Below, one piece after another: positions 14,101 through 22,113 of a stretch of DNA of 64,000 nt. A program made the position numbers and the translations under genes. Every line of letters begins with the position of its first letter. Within the stretch, counting starts at the first letter, position 1. The notes beneath the pieces were generated by a model. The model was not told the origin of the DNA and searched no databases. It saw only the letters and a program-made list of their open reading frames with translations. The stretch lies in sequence record PQ066597.1, one strand, 5' to 3'.

Positions 14101-15074
14101 GTATACATTTCAGCCCATGGCTGCCAAACACCGATATATTGTCTGCGCACCCATACACGGTTTTCAGTATAAGAAAAGAATATTTGTGCGTTTGCCCCAT
14201 TACCCCAACGAGTAACAAGGAGGGTTGAACCACTAGGTCCTATACCACCAGCAACGGGAGTATTTTTTGTGTTGGCGAAAACACCATAGTTACCGGGAAT
14301 AATTGCTTTATCGCAATCATCTTCTGGTGGACGATCATATACCGCCATTGCCTTTACTTCTTCCGCACTAGGCAAATTACCTTTATGGAAAATATCATAG
14401 TTTGTATTTCCATAAGACACTTGAGGATTAACCCCGGCAGCCATATTAAATCTTACTTGAGTTAGTGGTGTACCATACCAACCACTAAAAGCAATTCGTT
14501 GATCCGTAACGTCTCTATCTACTTTACCACCTTGGAAATAAAGTAAGGAACCAGATGCAACTAGACGTTGTGCATATGTATTGGTAGCAGAATCATAAAC
14601 TTCAACTTGACCGTTGGACTTAATTCTATTTGCTTCAACCTGACCATTAACCATTAGGTTTCCAGTCATGGTATCACCATCTCTATTAACAGCTCGAACA
14701 GGCAAACCGTCAAGTTTTGTTTTGTCTTCTTTACTCATTGCCCCATGGGCGGATTGCGTTGCGTTATTAATTGAAACTCGCGGACTTACACCAGTAGTAA
14801 CGACGATTGGGAGAGTCCCGGTTACAGATTTCACCGATGTACTATCTAGGTTATCAACATAACCTTTAATGGCAACTTCATTAGAATTGACAGGAGTTTT
14901 ATATGTCAATGTTCCGGTAAAGGTTTTATCCCCACCAATAGATTGATTACTAACACTATCAATAACCTCATTACCATTATAAAACAGCTTAACGTCTTGC
15001 GGGGAAAATGGTAGGTTAGTCTGTGTCCAAACTAATCCACCCCCAGCGGTAGACGAACTCTTAAGGTCTGCCAT
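11124..15074 (-). CDS. long tail fibre protein, gp36-type N-terminus with distal-fibre body
   Basis: MADLKSSSTAGGGLVW resembles T4 gp36 N-terminus; repeated YH-x-GNKP-x-A-x-D segments, knob repeats (W-x-PW), GTWRLMG...TLAQRI C-terminus. Confidence 0.85.
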   Translation of the reverse strand: MADLKSSSTAGGGLVWTQTNLPFSPQDVKLFYNGNEVIDSVSNQSIGGDKTFTGTLTYKTPVNSNEVAIKGYVDNLDSTSVKSVTGTLPIVVTTGVSPRVSINNATQSAHGAMSKEDKTKLDGLPVRAVNRDGDTMTGNLMVNGQVEANRIKSNGQVEVYDSATNTYAQRLVASGSLLYFQGGKVDRDVTDQRIAFSGWYGTPLTQVRFNMAAGVNPQVSYGNTNYDIFHKGNLPSAEEVKAMAVYDRPPEDDCDKAIIPGNYGVFANTKNTPVAGGIGPSGSTLLVTRWGNGANAQIFFSYTENRVWVRRQYIGVWQPWAEMYTSLNKQPVGGMGLGVGDSPNAITVTGGVRDFNLIKTNGVFTVDGNWSNGTDNTTTATAHTGIVEVKQRSIDNLTIQKFSNWVTVGGFVEPREFTRVWINAVEGWQPWLPSGVWEQVNTYRTGILRHNNSTNDDSVYPYVSYTKEKYRDGVAVGIPYTIGEISFRAGSTNRYDPHTGDQLSRIIGQATNTSTSGEYEGTLFLASRYRRGSDGSTADTSTLRISRDVGAEFTHAGKKVQIENGNVNAEKFIATTSGYALQYSGNASQGIYLDNRTIIGGGSSGVVVRPNGSGTVTGETVFNPNGTISNNQAPTLAMHLTNKAYVDGVALGGFSSIITLRDTDNLNDIKTAGIYSQVANAKALTSLNYPVEKAGNLIVTTSAGVIQKYWVYNSSEVWSRAQYNTGAWKPWYRDYNEEFKPTSADVGALSLTGGTVTGDVRFNSGNTTRLTLGSGSDYYIERSPSGLTLASGTINPKVRVNNTDYDIYHVGNKPSAADVGTLTTAQINTELNKKLNLSGGIMTGAIRWDATDEYINAASNNIYLAAKTGTVYLESKNNPMVRIGSNDYTIYHTGNKPTAGDFNAYTKTETDNLLNTKLNLSGGTLTGTVTTATIKNAVMINNGASISFQDGSNARFHILAEGNTFKLKHGNSGENQIIQVSTTVTELQNQLSARTAMFVSGADGTRVFGLGAQESSGINPYIYVRRSGDTANIRVMTFNDGEIIANQDRIAAPSFRVINNAGLIFTPFENKQGLSWGMGMDLSNGNLGIHRYQDGVWNLQPFMIGSNGVVTMSTGFNTTSGTMSGSLSVNGNIEVGGSVGVNSGYASIISNNNNRLEFHRPGFWATMIYMNTDGQLRFTSSNGAGGETKLRMSIDNNGNTGIAGSVNANGGVHDVGQRVYSPSNPIPDGVILRSVVNGGGNMDIGSYAMVTVKSNLGPQGPGTVLQGTQIAFSNAEGTNMVACNYGTWRLMGVSRANSQNGDGWGSWNVTLAQRIT

Positions 15075-15112
15075 TTTTAAATTCCTCTATTTTGAAATTG
15101 TTTCTACTCTTT

Positions 15113-15119
15113 TATTTAG
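15113..15119 (-). promoter_or_regulatory. late promoter (CTAAATA)
   Basis: Upstream of the tail fibre gene. Confidence 0.65.
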
Positions 15120-15135
15120 GTAACAAAAAAGTCCC

Positions 15136-15435
15136 TTATTTGGGGACTTTTTGACATTGTGGTTCTTTCAGATCCTTTCTATAAGAACATAACATTCTAT
15201 TTTGTGAATCTATATAAACACCTATTTTTTCAAGCCAAGCCCTATACCTTAAACTGTCCTCATATGTCATCCCGACATAAGTTGTTTCACCTTCCTTAAT
15301 AACAGTCCATTTAGGAATATAAGTTTTTACAGGGATTGGTCTATTTGGATGAAACACTAATACCGGGTCTGGTCTCGGTGGTGTTGAACATGCAGCAAGA
15401 ACCACTATACACATCATAATTAGAATTTTTTTCAT
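15136..15435 (-). CDS. outer-membrane spanin (o-spanin, Rz1/pseT.2-like lipoprotein)
   Basis: Lipobox VLAAC, Pro-rich PPRPDP, overlaps i-spanin by 4 nt. Confidence 0.8.
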   Translation of the reverse strand: MKKILIMMCIVVLAACSTPPRPDPVLVFHPNRPIPVKTYIPKWTVIKEGETTYVGMTYEDSLRYRAWLEKIGVYIDSQNRMLCSYRKDLKEPQCQKVPK

Positions 15436-15809
15436 TTACATTCCCCCAGAGTAAGGCAATCCATTCTGCTTCCAAACTCTTCATAATCATTCTGGATTAT
15501 CTTCTCTACTAGCTTAGGTTTCTTGTCTATTGCATCCTTACCGCGACTAGCATTAGATTCCAGCGTACCAATGCGCTTAGAAAGCTCTCTATTCGATTTC
15601 TCTTCCGTCTGACTATACTCGCTGGACTGTTGTTTGAAATCGCTTATACTCAATTCCATGGCGGATAATTTGGATGTCATTGTTTCTAGTTGTTGGGTCA
15701 TCTCTCCGATTGTTATTGCCTGTGATTCGATCTTGTTGAACATATACCAAACAGACCCACCAGCCAAAATAAGAAGAATCCCAAATATAATTGCCTTGTA
15801 TCTTACCAT
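15432..15809 (-). CDS. inner-membrane spanin (i-spanin, Rz/pseT.3-like)
   Basis: N-terminal TM, coiled coil, C-terminal Cys; start ATG 15809 after GGAGAG RBS. Confidence 0.8.
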   Translation of the reverse strand: MVRYKAIIFGILLILAGGSVWYMFNKIESQAITIGEMTQQLETMTSKLSAMELSISDFKQQSSEYSQTEEKSNRELSKRIGTLESNASRGKDAIDKKPKLVEKIIQNDYEEFGSRMDCLTLGECK

Positions 15810-15828
15810 TGTTAATCTCTCCAAATAA

Positions 15829-15861
15829 AAAGGCTCCAACCTTATTTAGGATGGAGCCTTT
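15829..15861 (-). terminator. terminator hairpin with late promoter CTAAATA (15843-15849) in its loop
   Basis: AAAGGCTCCA/TGGAGCCTTT. Confidence 0.7.
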
Positions 15862-15874
15862 GGGAGATTAATGA

Positions 15875-16369
15875 TTACTTTTTATCCCATTCGACACAAA
15901 TCAATTCTTCAAAGTCGTCTTCGTCAAAACAATTTTCAATTACTTGTGAGATAACATCCCAATCCCCACCGGCAACACCAGCCCCAATCTTTGGGAATAT
16001 AAGTCGATACCCTTCATATCCAAAATCTTCCGCTAAGTGGACGAAACCATTCTCTAATGCATCCAAACGAAGATCTCGACCGGGGAAATATTGTGTGTAT
16101 AGGTTAATCAATCGAGAGTCATAATCTAAGGGAGTCCAGCTATATTGACCCAACATTCCAATATCCACTTGACCGTTTGTCTTAAACAGCCGTTGGAAAT
16201 GTGCATCTACAATTGGTGCGTCTGGGAAGTTCATTGCAATACCAGCCGCAATACCAGATCCCATAGCAGTATGACAATTACACCCATGAACGAACAGAGT
16301 TGGGATCTTCAATTCTTCTGGGTCTTTCATCATGGCGATCATATCACCTTTAACATAACGAATTTTCAT
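15875..16369 (-). CDS. macrodomain (ADP-ribose binding/hydrolase, T4 tk.4-like)
   Basis: KGD, VHGCNC..AMGSGIA, NLYTQ, PKIGAGVAGGDW. Confidence 0.9.
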   Translation of the reverse strand: MKIRYVKGDMIAMMKDPEELKIPTLFVHGCNCHTAMGSGIAAGIAMNFPDAPIVDAHFQRLFKTNGQVDIGMLGQYSWTPLDYDSRLINLYTQYFPGRDLRLDALENGFVHLAEDFGYEGYRLIFPKIGAGVAGGDWDVISQVIENCFDEDDFEELICVEWDKK

Positions 16370-17025
16370 TTTTCTATATCTCTTTGCTTTGGATATTGTT
16401 TTTGTTCCATCTTGTTAACTTTATCAAGTTTTTTAATGTGAACTAACGGATAAACATAACTATGTTTTCCCGGTACTACCACTTCTTCTAGAAGACCATC
16501 ATTTTTCATATCTTGTAATCTTTGTGCAAAAGGTTTCAACATACCTTTATATTTCGTTCTCATTGCCCTACTGTGATATAACTTACCATCTGGTGTCTTT
16601 AGTAGTTTATCTTTGGGAGTTTCCCCAACGTATATCCAGTTTGTTGCTTGATATATAATACCAACATGGTCATGAAACGGATCTGCATAACTAATTACAA
16701 CTTTATGAGTTTTTAATTTTTTTAATATTCTCAAACACGAACCAATAACCCATGATTCGGAATTATGAGGTAATTCATCCAATAATACAAGACGTCGTAA
16801 TTCCAAGACGTCACATTCTTTATCAGAAAATTTTTTCCATGCAGTTGTACTTAATTGTCCAAATATAACAGCACCAACCAACTTCCCGTTTTTATCAGTA
16901 ATACGAAAACAATAAGAAGTTTTTAGACCATTTATATTATGAGAATAATGATGAGTTTCCACAAAATCTTTTATTTCTTTTCTCTCGCAGAGAGATAGTT
17001 CGTAATCCCTCCATTTTATGGTCAT
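16366..17025 (-). CDS. Mom-like DNA adenine modification enzyme (GNAT fold)
   Basis: HHYSH, LELRRL, NSESWVIG, VISYAD..H.GIIYQATNW.Y.G as in Mu Mom family. Confidence 0.8.
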   Translation of the reverse strand: MTIKWRDYELSLCERKEIKDFVETHHYSHNINGLKTSYCFRITDKNGKLVGAVIFGQLSTTAWKKFSDKECDVLELRRLVLLDELPHNSESWVIGSCLRILKKLKTHKVVISYADPFHDHVGIIYQATNWIYVGETPKDKLLKTPDGKLYHSRAMRTKYKGMLKPFAQRLQDMKNDGLLEEVVVPGKHSYVYPLVHIKKLDKVNKMEQKQYPKQRDIEK

Positions 17026-17303
17026 TCGATAACCTCCTTATGAAATTCACCAATAACTTTTTCTGGTGAATGGCCCAACACCACCATATTGACTGGATGG
17101 GAAATGGTATGAACACCGCTAACAAAATAAAATTTAACTACGTTTGTTTCTGTAATTCCACGAGATTCGTCAAGGGTTACGAAATCATACATCCAATCGT
17201 TGAATCCGCGATATTTTGCATTGTTCAAAATAATTTCAGCAGCAAGCCCGAAAGACCGGGCTTTATCCTTCAATTCTTTAACTGTCATATTTAACACCGA
17301 CAC
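17022..17303 (-). CDS. hypothetical protein
   Basis: ORF track; packed - strand block. Confidence 0.65.
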   Translation of the reverse strand: MSVLNMTVKELKDKARSFGLAAEIILNNAKYRGFNDWMYDFVTLDESRGITETNVVKFYFVSGVHTISHPVNMVVLGHSPEKVIGEFHKEVIE

Positions 17304-17572
17304 GGAATAAAAAGAAAACTCTCTTTTTGGTTAATAAAAACGGTTCCATCATTGATATAGATTGGATTTTTCTTTTCTTTATCTTCAATATCACAAACCG
17401 CGATTACGTTTTCATCATCATCGATGTGAAATACAATGAATCCATTCTTAAGAATTTCATAATTATAAAAATTACGTTCACAACTGGTGCGATATTCTTG
17501 AGCCGCTTCGACAGACCGAAAACGGTAAATGGTATCAAAGTTCATACGTGGGTATTGATCATTTGGATACAC
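17291..17572 (-). CDS. divergent GoF-like hypothetical protein
   Basis: YRFRSVEA..EY...N pattern; start may be ATG 17545. Confidence 0.55.
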   Translation of the reverse strand: MYPNDQYPRMNFDTIYRFRSVEAAQEYRTSCERNFYNYEILKNGFIVFHIDDDENVIAVCDIEDKEKKNPIYINDGTVFINQKESFLFIPCRC

Positions 17573-18140
17573 TGAATGTCACCTTACCATTTTTAATGGA
17601 AATTTTGATTTCCATATCTTGAGAAAGTTTACCTTGTGTGTTAACTAGATTGAAAATTGCTTGATCGAGTGGTGTCAACTGACAATTACCAATTTTTAGG
17701 TTACCTGTTATGTTAAGACCTTCGTCGTTTTTCTTCAAAGGTTTAGTTACATCCCCAGAAAATGTGGGTTTGTTCCCCTCGAACTTAGAAACGACTGGTG
17801 TTTTATTGAGAATAATCTCATTACAGACCCCACCCATTAGTTCCTCATCACTAATCTGACGAGGCTTCGGAAGATCTTCAATTTCAATCTCTTTATCAAG
17901 TACGAAATATTTATAAAATTCGTCACTCTCAATAGTGTTGAATTCGTCCACCTTCAATACACCATTAACAATAAAACGGCTAATATAACCATCGCTGTTA
18001 AGTCTGTTCAAGCTATCTTGGTTAACTGTCAGACGATAATCAACCAGATAATTAGAAACAATCCAATCATTAATTTTGGCTAGACCGATAAACTCTTTCC
18101 GGTCTTTTGGAGTTTTGAATTTATAAACAAATGCTTTCAT
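17559..18140 (-). CDS. GoF-like N-terminal domain protein
   Basis: YKFKTPKDRKEF..L..IN pattern. Confidence 0.55.
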   Translation of the reverse strand: MKAFVYKFKTPKDRKEFIGLAKINDWIVSNYLVDYRLTVNQDSLNRLNSDGYISRFIVNGVLKVDEFNTIESDEFYKYFVLDKEIEIEDLPKPRQISDEELMGGVCNEIILNKTPVVSKFEGNKPTFSGDVTKPLKKNDEGLNITGNLKIGNCQLTPLDQAIFNLVNTQGKLSQDMEIKISIKNGKVTFSVSK

Positions 18141-18154
18141 TCTTTTTCCTTTTA

Positions 18155-18721
18155 TTAGTCCATGTAAGAGCTGCGATATGCAACTTTTTCACCAACCACA
18201 CTATTAATTTCGTCACAAATGATCTGCATGATTTCCTCTTTGTAAGTCAAAGACTGATGACCACAATACGGAATTCTAAATTTTGGTTCCAAGAAAGATT
18301 CTTTACCTGATTTATACGCAATGTCAAACCCGAGACCCAAAACAAGGTCTTTCACTTTTTTCTTTCTTCCGAATTCAACATACACGGAGGAAAATCCACA
18401 ACAGTCCCAATCGTGGGGATGACGCTCAAGGTAATCCCGATGATAATCATTGATTTTCTCGATTACTTTTTCAACAAAAGAAACGTCATATCCAGATTCT
18501 GGTTGTACTACTTCCGGTAATGGTTTCTTCTCTTCTTTGTCAAGACAGATCAGTTCATTCTCTTCGTATGCACTGATAGTACCATTGGGCCAAGTAACCT
18601 CAACCCAAACCTCTGGGTTGTAGTATGAAACCACACCAACAACACCAAACAAATGACGCTGACTTTCATCATTCATCACATCATTATTGATCTGTACGTT
18701 GCTACCTTCTTTCATAGTCAT
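18155..18721 (-). CDS. hypothetical protein (SH3-like N-terminus; CGFSSV...QSL.YKE C-terminal domain)
   Basis: ORF track; early promoter 18746-18776 upstream. Confidence 0.7.
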   Translation of the reverse strand: MTMKEGSNVQINNDVMNDESQRHLFGVVGVVSYYNPEVWVEVTWPNGTISAYEENELICLDKEEKKPLPEVVQPESGYDVSFVEKVIEKINDYHRDYLERHPHDWDCCGFSSVYVEFGRKKKVKDLVLGLGFDIAYKSGKESFLEPKFRIPYCGHQSLTYKEEIMQIICDEINSVVGEKVAYRSSYMD

Positions 18722-18784
18722 TTCCTCGTTGTTGTTTACGAGATAGAGAATATCAGAGTGTGATTGGTTATGTCAATCACTTTA

Positions 18785-19300
18785 TTACATTAGTTTCAAT
18801 TTCAGAGACTTTAGTTGGTCTTGGTCGTTTCGGTTGATGAAGTATGATTTACCATTGTAATCAGTTGCCAGTGCAGAACCATCCAGACCAATAAACGAAA
18901 CAGAAATATCTTTTGGATTTTTGTTTCGACGAAGACCAATAGTAAGAAGGTCACCAACTTCCAGTTCCTTAAATTCTGTTACTTTCTCTTTCTTGGTTGT
19001 AAACAGATCACCGTTCAGAGTCATTCCAAACTCAGACACATCAGTTACATAAGTAACAGTACCACTGGAATGATGCTCTGTAACGCGAACACCACCAAGA
19101 ATATTAAACTGGTCTAAAATAACAGTTAACCCGGTAACACACGCAATAAGTTGCGACACAACACCATTCTTTTTGTTAATGACGGAGACAACTAGACGCT
19201 TGGATTTATGGTTGAATCCGCTACCCTCTTCAACAACAACCCCTTCAACGTCTTTCATGACTTGTTTTTCTACATGAAGTTTTTTCATTACATACCCCAT
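18785..19300 (-). CDS. hypothetical protein
   Basis: ORF track. Confidence 0.65.
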   Translation of the reverse strand: MGYVMKKLHVEKQVMKDVEGVVVEEGSGFNHKSKRLVVSVINKKNGVVSQLIACVTGLTVILDQFNILGGVRVTEHHSSGTVTYVTDVSEFGMTLNGDLFTTKKEKVTEFKELEVGDLLTIGLRRNKNPKDISVSFIGLDGSALATDYNGKSYFINRNDQDQLKSLKLKLM

Positions 19301-19665
19301 TCTTTTTCAATTACATCATTACAAAAATCAACAGAATTTTCGAAATCATACATTTTGTTCATCAAATCGCCAAATTTAGATTTGATAAGTTGTTCTGCCG
19401 CTTCTCGCACCCGTTGATCAAATGCTTCTACGTTGTATTGTTTTTTAACCCGATTTTCCATAACCTCATACTGGTATTTCATGAAGTTTTCGTAAGATTC
19501 GACATGTTCGATCTCGATGCCGTTGATCAAGACAGTCAGTTTGAAAGGTTCATCCTTGATATCACCCTTTCGAGTGTCCCGGATCTTTTCCAAAATTTCA
19601 TCTGATTGGTCAAGAAACAGGTGGTTCACAACAAGGTTAGCTTCATCAAGTCCAAATTTCATCAT
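19288..19665 (-). CDS. hypothetical protein
   Basis: ORF track; GAGG RBS. Confidence 0.7.
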   Translation of the reverse strand: MMKFGLDEANLVVNHLFLDQSDEILEKIRDTRKGDIKDEPFKLTVLINGIEIEHVESYENFMKYQYEVMENRVKKQYNVEAFDQRVREAAEQLIKSKFGDLMNKMYDFENSVDFCNDVIEKEWGM

Positions 19666-19674
19666 AATTTCCTC

Positions 19675-20013
19675 TTAATCACTAAGTTTACCGAACGGGA
19701 TTTGTTCAACAAAAGCCCAAGCGGCATGATAAACGGTAGCACCGGGGGTTTCACTCATAAACACAGTATCAACTGGAGCCACAACACGAAATAAAGTTGG
19801 TTCTCCACCAATCGAACGAGCCGCCCGCCGTGCGTATACTTTTGCCAGTCCACGGTCTTTAGTGAAGAACACACGGTCTAAGTTTTTCTTACGACCTTTC
19901 TCTGAAATTGTATCAGTCATCTCAGGAGGAAGCAACATATTACCTTTCAAACCAAGAGTACAGGAACCATGATAGAACTCAACATAATCTGGTTTGCAGT
20001 GAATGGTTGTCAT
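19675..20013 (-). CDS. ADP-ribosyltransferase-fold protein (Arr/H-Y-x class-like)
   Basis: FYHGS ... VFFTKD..LAKVYA ... LFRV. Confidence 0.6.
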   Translation of the reverse strand: MTTIHCKPDYVEFYHGSCTLGLKGNMLLPPEMTDTISEKGRKKNLDRVFFTKDRGLAKVYARRAARSIGGEPTLFRVVAPVDTVFMSETPGATVYHAAWAFVEQIPFGKLSD

Positions 20014-20040
20014 ATCTTCTCTCCATCAACGTTACAACCC

Positions 20041-20412
20041 TTATTCTACACTTTCTTCGTCTGGTGTCAATATGTTTTTAGAAATAAAATTTATTACCCC
20101 ATCATCTGGACGTTCAAACAACCAAATGCAATTTAGATATCCCAGTGAACTGGGATCTTCATGGTCAACACGACCCACTGGGATCTCACTGTCGTAACAA
20201 AACCCTTTGTAATCATCACATACATAGAAACCACACTGTTTACTGTAAACAATACCAACACAAACGCAAGATTCGGGCCAAAGTTCAACCAGACCATCAT
20301 TGTTTACAGTTACAGCAAATTTGTCATATTTGTGTTCGTTTACTGGGAGGTCGAGAACCAAATTATCAATTATAACAGGAATGTTAAAACTCTTAAAAGG
20401 TGGTGTATACAT
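20041..20412 (-). CDS. hypothetical protein
   Basis: ORF track. Confidence 0.6.
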   Translation of the reverse strand: MYTPPFKSFNIPVIIDNLVLDLPVNEHKYDKFAVTVNNDGLVELWPESCVCVGIVYSKQCGFYVCDDYKGFCYDSEIPVGRVDHEDPSSLGYLNCIWLFERPDDGVINFISKNILTPDEESVE

Positions 20413-20471
20413 TTTAGTACCCTAAATATAAATGAGCAACTGATGATATATATTATCAGTTTACATAAAAC

Positions 20472-20500
20472 AAAAGGGATCCTCACGGGATCCCTTTTTT
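20472..20500. terminator. terminator after asiA
   Basis: AAAAGGGATCC/GGATCCCTTTT. Confidence 0.8.
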
Positions 20501-20771
20501 ATTCGTCAACCATACAGTTAATCAAATGGTCAATTCTACCAGCATCAAATTCTTTTATAATCTCTTTTTTCTGATATGGGGTTAGACTACTAACCATAAC
20601 TCTGAAATTAAAAATCGTTAATGGTTTACCTCGCACGGTAGTAAACCCCAGTTCATTTAGAAAATCTACAAACCCAGATTGAGTATCTAGAATATCATCA
20701 CAGCCATACTTTGCCAAGATAGATGCGGTAGCTACAATATCTTTCATCAATTCAACTTTTGTAATTTTCAT
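20499..20771 (-). CDS. asiA: anti-sigma70 factor AsiA
   Basis: DIVATASILAKY..DDI.....FVDFLNELG aligns by eye with T4 AsiA (EIITVASILIKF..EDI...FIAFLNEIG); 90 aa. Confidence 0.9.
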   Translation of the reverse strand: MKITKVELMKDIVATASILAKYGCDDILDTQSGFVDFLNELGFTTVRGKPLTIFNFRVMVSSLTPYQKKEIIKEFDAGRIDHLINCMVDE

Positions 20772-21016
20772 ATTTTATAATCTTTATCTCTTAGGATCAC
20801 ATCAGTTCGATTTCGAACATCACCAATAAATCTTGCAGTACTACCACATGGAAAAATAATAATACTTACTTCATACCCAAACACATCTTTTTGGATAGAC
20901 AGTTTGACCGTTTCCATTGAATGGTCTTTAAGGTTGATATGGGTAGGTTTTCCATCTTTTGTAAGACCAGACACTACCCCACCACCAAATAATGTCATAT
21001 CAATCATAATCACCAA
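20768..21016 (-). CDS. hypothetical protein
   Basis: ORF track. Confidence 0.6.
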   Translation of the reverse strand: MVIMIDMTLFGGGVVSGLTKDGKPTHINLKDHSMETVKLSIQKDVFGYEVSIIIFPCGSTARFIGDVRNRTDVILRDKDYKI

Positions 21017-21120
21017 CCTTCCGATTTCTTATGCTTTTTACCACGAATTTTCTTGGAATTCTCTTTCTTATCCTTCATAACAGAAGGACGGTTGAAATTA
21101 TGTTTAGCTACTGGATTCAT
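21010..21120 (-). CDS. small basic protein (36 aa; VAKHNFNRPS family seen in T4-like phages)
   Basis: MNPVAKHNFNRPSVMKDKKENSKKIRGKKHKKSEGW*; AAGGA RBS. Confidence 0.65.
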   Translation of the reverse strand: MNPVAKHNFNRPSVMKDKKENSKKIRGKKHKKSEGW

Positions 21121-21143
21121 TTCTATTCCTTATGTTATGAAAG

Positions 21144-21160
21144 AGGGGGCGAACCCCCCT
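21144..21160 (-). terminator. UUCG-loop terminator
   Basis: GGGGG-TTCG-CCCCC on - strand followed by TCTTT. Confidence 0.7.
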
Positions 21161-21204
21161 TGATGTGGTTATAGTCTCATAACCAATACATGTTTGCAAG
21201 TGGT

Positions 21205-21654
21205 TTATACTGGAAGAAGCCAGAAAAGACCACAGAAGAAGCCAGAAACGGCAGCAATGAGAGCCAAAAGAGCCACAACCGTAATCACATTGATTCGTTT
21301 GTTGGCGGCTTCTCGCTCATCGTCGGTCATTGCTTCCCACTTCCGAATTGACTCTTCGAGGTCTTTAACCCCATCAATACCACTCTCGATGTAGATCAGT
21401 GCCATTGGGTTAGCATACGCTTTACCAAGATAACCTACCCGTTCTTTAGCATAAGAGATCATGGTCAGATACTGGAACATCACCATCACGATAGCACCTA
21501 TGATAATAGGGCCATACATAGTGGATGCAGGGATTGATGCAAGGGCTGCTGCCATGAAGAGCAGGCCCCAAGTAACAATTGCATTCGATTTAACCCGTTG
21601 GGTTTCTTCATGAATACGTTGTTTTACTTTTGTTACACGAGTTTCAATAGACAT
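21205..21654 (-). CDS. membrane protein
   Basis: Three hydrophobic segments. Confidence 0.7.
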   Translation of the reverse strand: MSIETRVTKVKQRIHEETQRVKSNAIVTWGLLFMAAALASIPASTMYGPIIIGAIVMVMFQYLTMISYAKERVGYLGKAYANPMALIYIESGIDGVKDLEESIRKWEAMTDDEREAANKRINVITVVALLALIAAVSGFFCGLFWLLPV

Positions 21655-21681
21655 TTCATTTTCCTTTTTACAAAACTATAT

Positions 21682-22110
21682 TTAGAGGAACAACCAAGAT
21701 GATACCATTACAGGGACACCAACTATTACCGAATAAAATACAAAAACACCAACGAATATTACGATTCCAGCAAGAGTAATTCGTAGATTAAAGTTTGATG
21801 TATTTTTATAAATATGGAGATATTCCCCAACATTATTATCACAGAAGGAATAAAGCATACACATAGATAGAGGATGTTTAAACTCTTTACCATAATCTGG
21901 TCGTTTAATCCAGTTTACTACCATTATTCCAAGATCAACGAGGGCATAACAAAGTGCACACAAAAACACATATGTAGGAATATCGGGTATATACCCACAA
22001 CCAACAAGCACACTTGCTATCAATGCTCCCATACAAGATGGGATAATCATTGGTAACATTGCATTTGTTTCTTCTTTTGCTTGTTTTATAATATTTATCT
22101 CTATGGTCAT
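21682..22110 (-). CDS. membrane protein
   Basis: Three hydrophobic segments. Confidence 0.7.
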   Translation of the reverse strand: MTIEINIIKQAKEETNAMLPMIIPSCMGALIASVLVGCGYIPDIPTYVFLCALCYALVDLGIMVVNWIKRPDYGKEFKHPLSMCMLYSFCDNNVGEYLHIYKNTSNFNLRITLAGIVIFVGVFVFYSVIVGVPVMVSSWLFL

Positions 22111-22113
22111 ATA

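Noticed and set aside
20422-20470. + strand CTAAATA plus AACTGAT/ATCAGTT hairpin as a small late RNA
   Set aside because: Only ~50 nt before a bidirectional terminator; could be chance in AT-rich DNA, so insufficient support.
21205-22110. Holin, ac or imm assignment for the two membrane proteins after gene 52
   Set aside because: Only hydrophobicity and position support it; no recognisable sequence similarity to T4 t, ac or imm.
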